This document shows positions 9,553 through 18,792 of a stretch of DNA of 64,000 nt, one piece after another. The notes under the pieces are model-generated. The model had not been told where the DNA came from. It worked only from the letters and a program-made list of their open reading frames with translations, and ran no database searches. This DNA comes from an uncultured Eubacteriales bacterium (GTDB lineage: Bacteria > Bacillota > Clostridia > Oscillospirales > CAG-272). Every line of letters starts with the position of its first letter. The first letter of the stretch is position 1. The position numbers and the translations under genes are program-made. The DNA is taken from NCBI GenBank assembly GCA_949747515.1, contig CATKFO010000059.1, forward strand, positions 17,813 through 81,812, in the 5' to 3' direction.

Positions 9553-10599
9553 ATGAAATTTAATAGAATTACCGCATGTCTCGATATGTTCGGTTGTCCT
9601 AATCGCTGCAAACACTGTTGGATAGGGAGCTCTCCAAACGGAAATTTAACTGTTTCCGATTTAGAATTTGTCGCCGAGCAATTTCGTACGTTTGCCGACT
9701 ATCTTGAAATTTACGATTGGTATCGCGAACCGGATTATAAAAATAATTATAAACAGCTTTGGAATTTGTGCAATGATCTGTCTGATGGACCGAGAGATCA
9801 TTTTGAACTTATCAGCGTTTATAGAATTGTTCGCGATAAAGAGTACGTAAAGTGGCTGTATTCTCTTGGGGTAAGGAACGTTCAGCTAACTTTATTTGGC
9901 GGCGCTGAGAAAACAGACTATTATACTGGAAGAAAAAATGCATATAACGAAATATTGGAGGCTGTCGAAATTTTGATTAAAAACAGAATTTCTCCGCGAA
10001 TACAATTTTTTGTTAATAAGGACAATATTGAAGAGCTTCCGTTTATTGAAAAACTAATTAAAAATCTAAATTTGGATGAGCGCTGCAAAAATTTTGACGG
10101 AGGATTTTCCTTTTTTATACATCAGGGATCGTGTTGTGGAGAAAACGAAAAATTGAATGAATTTAGATTGACTCCAGAAGATGTGAATAAAATTCCCGAG
10201 GCTACCATTGAATATACCAAGAAACATTTTAATGTGGAAAATATAATGGATGTGTTCGGCAGAACCGAGCGAGAACTTTATGATGAATTGTTAAAAGACA
10301 ATTCTATAGATACCTTTGTAAGCGACAAGCCGGTTTTTTATATAGACAAAGATTTTAACGTTTATCCTAACATTTCTGCTCCTGAAAATTTTTGGCTTCT
10401 GGGAAATTTGAAATTAGACGGCGCTGAAATCGTGCTTAAAAATTATAAATCGAGCGACAGCGTCGCACAGCGTGTTCGAAAAACAGTTCCTCTCTGCGAC
10501 ATTGTCAGGAAAACCGGGGATCATGAAAGTCTGAAGTTATTTACTAAACCCGACTATAAGATATACTTGCTGAATAAGTATTGCAGAAATTTATTATAA
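9553..10599 (+). CDS. radical SAM protein (subfamily not recognised)
   Basis: N-terminal CPNRCKHCW, a CxxxCxxC motif; 348 aa. Confidence 0.8.
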   Translation: MKFNRITACLDMFGCPNRCKHCWIGSSPNGNLTVSDLEFVAEQFRTFADYLEIYDWYREPDYKNNYKQLWNLCNDLSDGPRDHFELISVYRIVRDKEYVKWLYSLGVRNVQLTLFGGAEKTDYYTGRKNAYNEILEAVEILIKNRISPRIQFFVNKDNIEELPFIEKLIKNLNLDERCKNFDGGFSFFIHQGSCCGENEKLNEFRLTPEDVNKIPEATIEYTKKHFNVENIMDVFGRTERELYDELLKDNSIDTFVSDKPVFYIDKDFNVYPNISAPENFWLLGNLKLDGAEIVLKNYKSSDSVAQRVRKTVPLCDIVRKTGDHESLKLFTKPDYKIYLLNKYCRNLL

Positions 10600-10840
10600 C
10601 CGGATAATTAACCGGAAATTTTAATATTAGCGATAGAATCTTATGTTACGGTTATGTACAATATAATTTTTAAATTATAAATAACTTTTATACAAATGGT
10701 AAAAAAAGAAATTATTCGCAAAAACGCTTGTATAATCTTTCATTTTGAGATAAAATATACGAGGGGAAAATGGCGCGAGCTGTTTTCATAAAAAGAGTTA
10801 CCCAAAATAATTTTATATACATTTTTGGAGGTTCAATACC

Positions 10841-11872
10841 ATGTCAGTAAAAGTTGCCATTAACGGTTTCGGTCGTATAGGCCGTCTTGCATTCCGTCAG
10901 ATGTTCGGCGCGGAGGGCTATGAAGTCGTAGCTATCAACGATCTTACCGCTCCCTCTATGCTCGCTCACCTTCTGAAGTACGACACCGCTCAGGGCGGTT
11001 ACTGTGGAAAGATCGGCGAAGGTCTTCATACTGTAGAAGCTGGCGAGGACAGCATTACTGTCGACGGCAAGACGATAAAAATATATGCAATGAAAGACGC
11101 TAAGGACCTTCCTTGGGGAGAAATCGGCGTAGATGTAGTTCTCGAGTGCACCGGTTTCTACTGCTCGAAGGATAAGTCTCAGGCTCACATTGACGCAGGG
11201 GCTAAGAAGGTTGTTATTTCAGCTCCTGCAGGAAGCGATCTTAAGACTATCGTTTACAGTGTAAATGAGAAGACTCTTACCGCAGAGGATAACATTATTT
11301 CCGCGGCGTCCTGTACCACTAACTGCCTTGCTCCTATGGCTAAGGCTCTTAACGATTACGCTCCTATTCAGAGCGGTATCATGTCCACCATTCACGCGTA
11401 CACAGGCGACCAAATGATCCTCGACGGTCCTCACAGAAAAGGAGATCTTCGTCGTGCGAGAGCAGGAGCCGCTAATATCGTTCCTAACTCTACCGGCGCT
11501 GCAAAGGCAATCGGTCTTGTTATACCTGAACTGAACGGAAAACTTATAGGTTCTGCTCAGAGAGTTCCTGTCCCGACCGGCTCCACCACTATTCTCACAG
11601 CCGTAGTTAAGGGTTGCGACGTTACCAAAGAGGGAATCAACGCTGCAATGAAGGCTGCCGCGTCCGAATCTTTTGGATATAATGAAGACGCAATTGTGTC
11701 CTCAGACGTTATCGGTATGAGATACGGCTCTCTCTTTGACGCTACTCAGACCATGGTTTCTAAGGTTGACGACGATACTTATCAGGTACAGGTCGTTTCA
11801 TGGTATGATAACGAGAACTCTTACACCAGCCAGATGGTACGTACTATTAAGTACTTCGCCGAGCTTGCGTAA
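10841..11872 (+). CDS. gap: glyceraldehyde-3-phosphate dehydrogenase
   Basis: [12 protein letters not shown]-binding N-terminus, SCTTNCLAP active site, GGAGG RBS. Confidence 0.95.
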   Translation: MSVKVAINGFGRIGRLAFRQMFGAEGYEVVAINDLTAPSMLAHLLKYDTAQGGYCGKIGEGLHTVEAGEDSITVDGKTIKIYAMKDAKDLPWGEIGVDVVLECTGFYCSKDKSQAHIDAGAKKVVISAPAGSDLKTIVYSVNEKTLTAEDNIISAASCTTNCLAPMAKALNDYAPIQSGIMSTIHAYTGDQMILDGPHRKGDLRRARAGAANIVPNSTGAAKAIGLVIPELNGKLIGSAQRVPVPTGSTTILTAVVKGCDVTKEGINAAMKAAASESFGYNEDAIVSSDVIGMRYGSLFDATQTMVSKVDDDTYQVQVVSWYDNENSYTSQMVRTIKYFAELA

Positions 11873-11890
11873 GGTTACGGATATAAATAT

Positions 11891-11920
11891 AAGACGCTCT
11901 TATAAGAGGGCGTCTTTTTC
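11891..11920 (+). terminator. rho-independent terminator after gap
   Basis: AAGACGCTCTT pairs with AAGAGGGCGTCTT (one bulge), followed by TTTTT. Confidence 0.75.
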
Positions 11921-12070
11921 TTTATTAATTTTTATAAATGTAGTAAGGTAAAAGGGGGATATGAATTAGTCATAGGTAAAACTACGGACAGTAGCGTCTA
12001 ATCGCTTAAGTCGACAATATATGAGGATAAAAGACTTATAGTAAAAAATTGAAATATAGATATATTTTCT

Positions 12071-12099
12071 TTGACAAATTTCTCAATCAGCGCTATACT
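12071..12099 (+). promoter_or_regulatory. sigma-A type promoter of the ZIP transporter gene
   Basis: TTGACA (12071-12076), a 17-nt spacer, then TATACT (12094-12099). Confidence 0.6.
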
Positions 12100-12109
12100 A
12101 TTATAGTAT
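12095..12109. promoter_or_regulatory. perfect 7-1-7 palindrome overlapping the -10 box (candidate metalloregulator operator)
   Basis: ATACTAT-T-ATAGTAT; both halves are exact reverse complements. Confidence 0.45.
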
Positions 12110-12130
12110 TTTAAGAATAAGGATATATTT

Positions 12131-12985
12131 ATGTCAGTAGTTTTTCAAATTGTAATCGCAACGTTTATTTCGGGCGTTCTTGGAACCGGATTAGGAGGTC
12201 TAGTTGGTAGTTTTGCCAAAAAAGATTCTTCAAGGGTAGTTAGCTTATTTTTAAGCTTTGCAGGCGGCGTAATGCTTAGCATCGTATGCTTTGATTTAGT
12301 AGCTGAATCGCTGGATCCATCGGGGAATGAAAGTAAATTATATCTTGTCCTTACAATTTTGGGACTTTTTCTTGGGTACGGAGTTGTTTTTCTTCTAAAT
12401 CGTCTTATTGACAACCGTACAAATCATGAGGTCGTCCATATAGACAAAAATCATCCGGCTACGGCCGATGATCTTGGCGAACTTATTCATAGCGATCATT
12501 ATACTCATCACAAAGAAACTGATGGAAATCGAAGGGAAATGTTTATCGCCGGTATAATCATGGCGTGCGCAATCGCTCTTCACAATCTTCCCGAGGGCAT
12601 TGTTATCGGAGTTTCGTACGCCGGAGGCGGATCGATAGGCGATCGGGCAGGCCTGATTATGGCGGTTATTATAGGCCTTCATAATATTCCAGAAGGAATG
12701 GCGGTGTCCGTGCCTCTTATATCTGGCGGCATGGAAAGATGGAGGGCCGCGGCGCTTACCGCGCTTAGCGGAACGCCTACCATTATTGGCGCTTTAATAG
12801 GATTTGGAATCGGCGGTCTTGGCGCGTCTGCGCTTAGCCTTTCGCTTTCTTTCGCAGCAGGAGCTATGCTATACGTGGTGTTTGGAGAACTTATACCGGA
12901 ATCTATATTGATGTGGCGTTCAAAATTGCCGGCGTTTGCCGTACTTGTCGGTATAATTGTGGGACTGATTGTTATTTATGTATAA
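12131..12985 (+). CDS. ZIP family metal (zinc) transporter
   Basis: 284 aa, multi-TM, with HNLPEG and HNIPEG motifs and a His-rich loop (HEVVHIDKNH, HSDHYTHH). Confidence 0.85.
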   Translation: MSVVFQIVIATFISGVLGTGLGGLVGSFAKKDSSRVVSLFLSFAGGVMLSIVCFDLVAESLDPSGNESKLYLVLTILGLFLGYGVVFLLNRLIDNRTNHEVVHIDKNHPATADDLGELIHSDHYTHHKETDGNRREMFIAGIIMACAIALHNLPEGIVIGVSYAGGGSIGDRAGLIMAVIIGLHNIPEGMAVSVPLISGGMERWRAAALTALSGTPTIIGALIGFGIGGLGASALSLSLSFAAGAMLYVVFGELIPESILMWRSKLPAFAVLVGIIVGLIVIYV

Positions 12986-13035
12986 ATTATATAAAGAGGT
13001 AAGGAGAACATATAGTTTTCTTTACCTCTTGTATT

Positions 13036-13950
13036 TTAAAATATTCCACAGATTAGGAATAGAGATATTATGCCGAGAAACAGACCGACGCTCTGTCGGA
13101 AATTAAGTTTTTCCTTAAATATAAATAATGACGCAAGGGTAGAGAGTATAACAAGACCTCCGTTGCACATAGGAAAAAAAATAACGGCTGGCAATACGCC
13201 CGATAAATATAGGTTAGCTACATTAGCAAATCCTATGCACACTCCCGATCCTATGGCCGCCGAGTAGTCTATCCGTTTAAACTCCTTTTTCGGTCTATCG
13301 CCTAAAAGCCTTGAAGAAAGCATAACATATATAACTGCGAGAATCATAGCTGTGAAAAACGCAATAATAAGCATCATATTTATTTCAGATCGGCCGTTTG
13401 AACGCTGATGCGCTTGCTGAATGATTCCCAACCCGCCGTTTGTAACCGTAGCTGTTAATACAAAAAACAGCCACTTAAAATTAAATTTTTTTCCGTCTGA
13501 GCTCTTGATACCTAAAATTAGAGACAGAATCAGAACGGCGACGCCGCACCATTGAATTACCGTTACCGGATTATTGTCCGGCCATATCCAAGGGCCCGCC
13601 ACAGTTGGAATGAGCAGACCGAGACAGTACATAATAAGCACTGTAAAATTCATTGGACCTGTTGCGTACGACAGAAGGGAAGTAACATACGTGATCGCCG
13701 CGCAAACGCCGTAGGTAATTCCGCAAATTATCGTATAGCTCGACGCGGCGCTCAGACCTCCGTTATATATCAAAATACCGACAAAAATAACCGCGAACAT
13801 TATGCAGTTAAACATTACCTTTGCCGACGTTGATTTAAGTCCGGATTTTTTTCCCGTAGAGTTAAGAAGAATAGTGTTAGCTACGGAAACAAGCGTAGAA
13901 ATAGTTAAAATAAAAAAATTCATGTTAAGTCGTAATAAAAGTTTCCCCAT
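13036..13950 (-). CDS. DMT-superfamily (EamA-like) membrane protein; start uncertain (13950 or 13923)
   Basis: About 10 predicted TM segments with a two-halves architecture. No convincing RBS at either ATG. Confidence 0.55.
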   Translation of the reverse strand: MGKLLLRLNMNFFILTISTLVSVANTILLNSTGKKSGLKSTSAKVMFNCIMFAVIFVGILIYNGGLSAASSYTIICGITYGVCAAITYVTSLLSYATGPMNFTVLIMYCLGLLIPTVAGPWIWPDNNPVTVIQWCGVAVLILSLILGIKSSDGKKFNFKWLFFVLTATVTNGGLGIIQQAHQRSNGRSEINMMLIIAFFTAMILAVIYVMLSSRLLGDRPKKEFKRIDYSAAIGSGVCIGFANVANLYLSGVLPAVIFFPMCNGGLVILSTLASLFIFKEKLNFRQSVGLFLGIISLFLICGIF

Positions 13951-14074
13951 TTCGAGAGGAATATTTCCTCCATTTCATGGAATGGGGGAACCCGACTGTT
14001 AGAAGGTTCCCCATTACATAATTATGTGTTTTATATTTAAAGTCGACTATAATAACGTATAATTTACTTACGTA

Positions 14075-15172
14075 TTAGCCCGCTACTTCATTCATAATAG
14101 CGTATGTGTCGGCAAACTGCTGTTTTTTTATTTCAATAGCGCGTTTCATTTCGTTGATTTGATCTTCGTTGAATTTATCAATCATGCCGTCTTTAAGAGT
14201 ACCCTTATACATTCTGTCGAGTACCTGAGAGTAAGCGATATCTACGGTAATTATTTCGCCCGCCTTTTCGCATATTACAAGATCGCTCTTTCCGGCAAGA
14301 AGCTCGTCTACCGCGCGAACGCCCATCTTAGTTGCGAGAAGTCTGTCGCTAAGCGTAGGCGATCCGCCTCTTACTACGTGAGCGAGACGACAGAATTTTG
14401 TTTCAATCCACATAGCGGGATTTTTTTCGTCTTCAGAAAGTTTTTTAGTAAGATCGTTTATTTTTTTAGCAAGTCTCTCTGAATGATCGTCTACTCCCTC
14501 GGAAACGATGATAATAAAGTTTCTTTTTCCTTCACGCCGAAGTTTTATCATTTTTTCAATTGTTCCGTCTTCGTCAAACGGACACTCCGGGATAACCGCG
14601 GCGACGGCGCCGCAAGCGATGGCCGTATTTAAAGCTATATCTCCTGCTCCGCGTCCCATTACTTCAACGACGTTGCAGCGAGCGTGAGATTCACATGTGT
14701 CGCGAAGTCTGTCTACGTTTTCTAGAACGGCCTGCATAGCGGTGTCAAATCCGATAGTGTTATCAGTCGCGGTAATATCGTTGTCGATTGTTCCGGGAAT
14801 ACCGATAGTAGGAATACCGCGCGCGGAAAGATCAGTCGCGCCTCTGAACGTGCCGTCGCCGCCTATAGCTACTACTCCGTCTATTTCTCGGCGTTTTAAT
14901 GTTTCAATGGCTTTTTGCATTCCCGATTCTTCTTTAAATTCAAGGCATCTATCAGAATATAAAAACGTGCCGCCAAGCGTAATTTTATTGGAAACTTCAC
15001 GCGAGGTGAGAGCGATCATATCGTCGTCAATCATTCCGCGATAGCCTCCGTAGATTCCCATTACTTCGACTCCTCGCGCGAGAGCGGCTCTGGTTACGGC
15101 GCGAACAGCCGCATTCATTCCAGGAGCGTCTCCGCCTGAGGTAAGGACGCCTATCTTTCTAAACTTTTTCAT
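14075..15172 (-). CDS. pfkA: ATP-dependent 6-phosphofructokinase
   Basis: Canonical N-terminus MKKFRKIGVLTSGGDAPGMNAA begins at 15172; also GGDGT and PGTIDND motifs. The longer track ORF (to 15370) is an AT-rich upstream extension. Confidence 0.92.
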   Translation of the reverse strand: MKKFRKIGVLTSGGDAPGMNAAVRAVTRAALARGVEVMGIYGGYRGMIDDDMIALTSREVSNKITLGGTFLYSDRCLEFKEESGMQKAIETLKRREIDGVVAIGGDGTFRGATDLSARGIPTIGIPGTIDNDITATDNTIGFDTAMQAVLENVDRLRDTCESHARCNVVEVMGRGAGDIALNTAIACGAVAAVIPECPFDEDGTIEKMIKLRREGKRNFIIIVSEGVDDHSERLAKKINDLTKKLSEDEKNPAMWIETKFCRLAHVVRGGSPTLSDRLLATKMGVRAVDELLAGKSDLVICEKAGEIITVDIAYSQVLDRMYKGTLKDGMIDKFNEDQINEMKRAIEIKKQQFADTYAIMNEVAG

Positions 15173-15396
15173 TATTATATATCCTTTCAAAATAGTATGC
15201 AGATTATGCGAGTATAGGTCGCTTTTTATTCCGATACATATTTTAATACAAAAACCTTCCAAAATCAATAGAAACATGGAAAATATGCGCGTTATAATTA
15301 AATAAATAGTTAAATACTTGACATACGCACAGAGGTTATGGTATAACAGAAAATATAAAATATTCAACAAGTAAGAATAGAAAGGGAGTGAAGTTC

Positions 15397-16074
15397 ATGT
15401 TTACGCCTGAAACTTTAGCGTTTATAGCCGAAAATAGAGAAAGAAACGATAAGAATTGGTTTATTAAACATAAAAAAGAATATATGAGTCTTGTACGAGA
15501 TCCTTTTTTTAATCTTTCACAAAATCTCGCGCCTATAATGAACGAAATTGATCCGCTTATTATTACAGATCCTAAAAATTGTGTTTCTCGCATATACTGC
15601 GATATGAGATTTTCTAAAAATATACTTTACCGAGACACACTATGGATATCTTTCAGACGCGACAAAAAGGCGTTTAATGGTTGGCCTGAATTCTTTTTCG
15701 TACTGTCTCCACGCGAATTTTTTTACGGATGCGGATATTATTCAGCTTCATCCAGAGTTATGGAAACAGCACGTCGACTTATAATTCAAAATCATCCTAT
15801 TTTCCTAGCGGCTTTGCAGGCATATAAAACTCAGACGACGTTTATTATCAGCGGAGATAAATATAAGGTTAGCAGATATTCAAATTATAATGATGAACTT
15901 AGAGAGTGGCTTGAGAGAAAAACAATTTGTTTCATATATAATCCTGAAGACACTAGGGAGCTGTTTTCTTATGAACTTACAGATAAAATGAAAACGGCGT
16001 TTTTGCAAATGAAACCAGTTTATGAATTTTTTGTTGTTGCAGAAACTCTGTCTGAGAGTGAGAAAAACATTTAA
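15397..16074 (+). CDS. DUF2461 (TIGR02453) family protein
   Basis: The N-terminus FTPETLAFIAENRERNDKNWF is typical of the family. AAAGGGAG RBS lies 8 nt before the ATG at 15397. Confidence 0.75.
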   Translation: MFTPETLAFIAENRERNDKNWFIKHKKEYMSLVRDPFFNLSQNLAPIMNEIDPLIITDPKNCVSRIYCDMRFSKNILYRDTLWISFRRDKKAFNGWPEFFFVLSPREFFYGCGYYSASSRVMETARRLIIQNHPIFLAALQAYKTQTTFIISGDKYKVSRYSNYNDELREWLERKTICFIYNPEDTRELFSYELTDKMKTAFLQMKPVYEFFVVAETLSESEKNI

Positions 16075-16094
16075 ACAATATATTATATATTTAT

Positions 16095-16129
16095 AAAGTT
16101 CTCCGTTCAATTAGGCACCGGAGAACTTT
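16095..16129. terminator. bidirectional terminator between convergent genes
   Basis: Perfect 11-bp stem, AAAGTTCTCCG (16095-16105) with CGGAGAACTTT (16119-16129); A/T runs on both sides. Confidence 0.8.
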
Positions 16130-16154
16130 ATTTTAACAGTAATACTAAAAGCAT

Positions 16155-17579
16155 TTACGATCTCTTTTTAAGCCTAAATACAAGACGCGCAAGAGCTTTT
16201 CCGTTAAATGGAATTAAAGGGTACAGATAACTTCTTTTTCCGTTTACCGTTCTATTAGTTGCTACAAGAATAATCGTTATTACGACGCCAAGAACGAGTC
16301 CAATCCAGTCGAATATGGCTGTCAGCATAAGAGTCATCATTCTCATATATTTAAATGCGTAGCCAAGCTCATAGCTTGATTGAGTGAAGTTTGCAATCGC
16401 TACAAAGGCCATATACAATATGACGTCTGGCGAAAGCCATCCTACTGTTACCGCAAAGTCTCCGAGAAGTAAACCACCTACAACGGAAAGAGAGTTGGAC
16501 AGCATATTCGGCGTGTTGAGAGAAGCTAGCTTTAATCCGTCGAGCGCAAATTCAGTTAAAAATAGCTGAAGTAAAATCGGAAGTTCGCCGGGATCCGCTG
16601 GAACGAGGAAAGCCAGAGACGATGGAAGCGCATCCGCATGCATCAGAGCAAGATACCATAACGGAGTCATTAGCATGGTAAGCCAAAAAATCGCATGTCT
16701 TAGTAATCTTAGATATGAGCCGGTAAGAGGAGGAAAATAATAGTCGTCGGTTTCCTGAAGAAAATCAAAAATAGATGTAGGGAATATCATTGCCTCGGGG
16801 CTGTTATCGCATATGAGCACAATTCCTCCCTCGAGAATTGTTGCCGCGGCTGCGTCGGGTCGCTCTGTCGCGCGTATTTTGGGGAACGGATTATACCATT
16901 TATCGCGTATCAACGCTTCCGCTACGCTTTGATGTCCAAGCACAAGGGCGTCTGTCTTAAGATTTTGGAGTTTCTCAGAGAGTTTGTCGACATACTTTTG
17001 ATCAGCCCTACCTTCAATGTAGCATAAAGCCATATCGGTGCGAGTCTCGCTGCCGGCGTTTATATATTTAACTGTGAATCTTGTGTCGCGTATACGACGT
17101 CGAATCAACGCTGTGTTGAATATCATTGTTTCAACAAATCCGTCTCGGCTGCCTCGCATAACTCTATCGTTTTCAGGCTCTTCCGTACTTCTTGCCGGAT
17201 AGGTACGCGCGTCGATAACGAGGGCGTTTTTACCGAATCCATCGCACAGAAACGCTGTGCATCCGCTCATTACCGATAGTACTAATTGATCCGCGGACGG
17301 TGTAACGTCCACCTCTACGCTCGGTACGGACGACGCCGCGAATTTTTCCGCCGCGTCTTCGCCGCCGTCTCCAAAATCTTTGACGGTTGCAAGATATAGC
17401 ATCAGCTTTTGCATCATCTCAGCTTTAACGAATCCGTCGATATAATACATTACTATTTTAGCGCCGGAAAATTCAAGCTGTCGTTTTATAATATCGAAGC
17501 TCTCGTTTACTCTCAGCGCTTCATCCATAAGTTTTACATCGTCGTCAAAGTTTCCGCTTAGTTTAATATTTTTGTCCAT
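16155..17579 (-). CDS. GerA-family spore germination protein (SpoVAF-like)
   Basis: Soluble N-domain plus C-terminal membrane domain typical of the GerA/SpoVAF family. No adjacent GerAB/GerAC genes. The ATG at 17579 follows AGGAG (the track start at 17600 is TTG). Confidence 0.75.
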   Translation of the reverse strand: MDKNIKLSGNFDDDVKLMDEALRVNESFDIIKRQLEFSGAKIVMYYIDGFVKAEMMQKLMLYLATVKDFGDGGEDAAEKFAASSVPSVEVDVTPSADQLVLSVMSGCTAFLCDGFGKNALVIDARTYPARSTEEPENDRVMRGSRDGFVETMIFNTALIRRRIRDTRFTVKYINAGSETRTDMALCYIEGRADQKYVDKLSEKLQNLKTDALVLGHQSVAEALIRDKWYNPFPKIRATERPDAAAATILEGGIVLICDNSPEAMIFPTSIFDFLQETDDYYFPPLTGSYLRLLRHAIFWLTMLMTPLWYLALMHADALPSSLAFLVPADPGELPILLQLFLTEFALDGLKLASLNTPNMLSNSLSVVGGLLLGDFAVTVGWLSPDVILYMAFVAIANFTQSSYELGYAFKYMRMMTLMLTAIFDWIGLVLGVVITIILVATNRTVNGKRSYLYPLIPFNGKALARLVFRLKKRS

Positions 17580-17667
17580 AAAAGAAAACGCTCCTGACAA
17601 ATAATCACTGAGGTATTATTTGCCGCAAGCGTTTTCTTTATTCAAAATACGACTGCTAAAAAGTTAT

Positions 17668-18792
17668 TTAGTACGTCTTTTTAAAGTATTGATATAAATA
17701 GCAGGGTATCATTCCATTATATAAACGACGTATTTTATCGGCTCTACGTCTGAAAAGCTTAGGAAAATTTTCGTTAGGAGTTAAAACGTACATCTGCCAA
17801 TTATCGAGAGTTTTAAAATGAACTCCAATATCTACGTAAAGTTTTTCAGCTTCTTCGGGAGTCATGAGTCTTTCGCCATAAGGCGGATTGGTAACGATAG
17901 TGCCGCGTTTTCCACCAGTAGTAATTTTAAGAGCGTCTTCAGTAAAAAAATTAGCGCAGTCGGACACTCCGGCTCGATATGCCGATTCCGTTGCAATACG
18001 TACGCAGTCGCTGTCTATATCCGAACCTATCGCTTCAAATATAACGTTTTGCTTAACGACGGCCTTGGCGTTTTCTCTGGCGTCATGCCATGACCTTGCG
18101 GGGAAGAATGGGAATTTTTCCGCTGCAAATTCGCGTTTTATTCCGGGAGCGATATTTTTCATCATCATAGCTCCCTCGATAGCTATTGTTCCCGACCCGC
18201 AAAAAGGATCGCGAAGAATTACGTTTTCCCTTGGACGCGAAAGCTTTACAATGGCTGCCGCCAAGGTTTCCCTCAAGGGCGCCGTCACTCTTTCAGGCCT
18301 GTAGCCTCTTTTATGCAGGGGACTTCCGGAAAGATCTATCATAACGGAAGCTCTATCCTTAAATATAAAGAATTCAATCTTATAAGTTTCACCAGTTTCA
18401 GGCAGAGTAGCGAGAGAATATGCTTTTCCGAGTCTTACCGATACGGCCTTTTTTATAATACGCTGGCAGTCGGGAACCGAAAAAAGCGAGCTTTTTATTG
18501 AATGACCGCTTACAGGATAACGGGCGTCGCGCGGAATAAAATCTTCCCACGAAACTGATCGTACATTTTCGAACAATTCGTCGAAAGAGTTCGCTTCAAA
18601 AGAACCGGCGTTTAAATATAAGCGTTCCGCAAATCTAAGGCCTATGTTGAGCTTTGCAGCCGCGTACTCGTTTCCTGTAAATGTTACTCGTCCATCTATG
18701 GTTTCAATACGTCTGCATCCAAGCGCGTCTATTTCCTCTCCCAGCATTGATTCAAGGCCAAACAGACAGGTTGCGGTATAAGTTAAAGTCAT
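17668..18792 (-). CDS. THUMP-domain class I SAM-dependent RNA methyltransferase
   Basis: DPFCGSGTI SAM-binding motif and TNPPYGER catalytic motif. The start overlaps the kinase stop as ATGA. Confidence 0.85.
   Translation of the reverse strand: MTLTYTATCLFGLESMLGEEIDALGCRRIETIDGRVTFTGNEYAAAKLNIGLRFAERLYLNAGSFEANSFDELFENVRSVSWEDFIPRDARYPVSGHSIKSSLFSVPDCQRIIKKAVSVRLGKAYSLATLPETGETYKIEFFIFKDRASVMIDLSGSPLHKRGYRPERVTAPLRETLAAAIVKLSRPRENVILRDPFCGSGTIAIEGAMMMKNIAPGIKREFAAEKFPFFPARSWHDARENAKAVVKQNVIFEAIGSDIDSDCVRIATESAYRAGVSDCANFFTEDALKITTGGKRGTIVTNPPYGERLMTPEEAEKLYVDIGVHFKTLDNWQMYVLTPNENFPKLFRRRADKIRRLYNGMIPCYLYQYFKKTY

Noticed and set aside
14075-15370. 431-aa version of the pfkA ORF, with a 66-residue N-terminal extension
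   Set aside because: The canonical phosphofructokinase N-terminus (MKKFRKIGVLTSGGDAPGMN) starts at 15172. The extension is Ile/Leu/Tyr/Phe-rich translation of AT-rich promoter DNA with no RBS.
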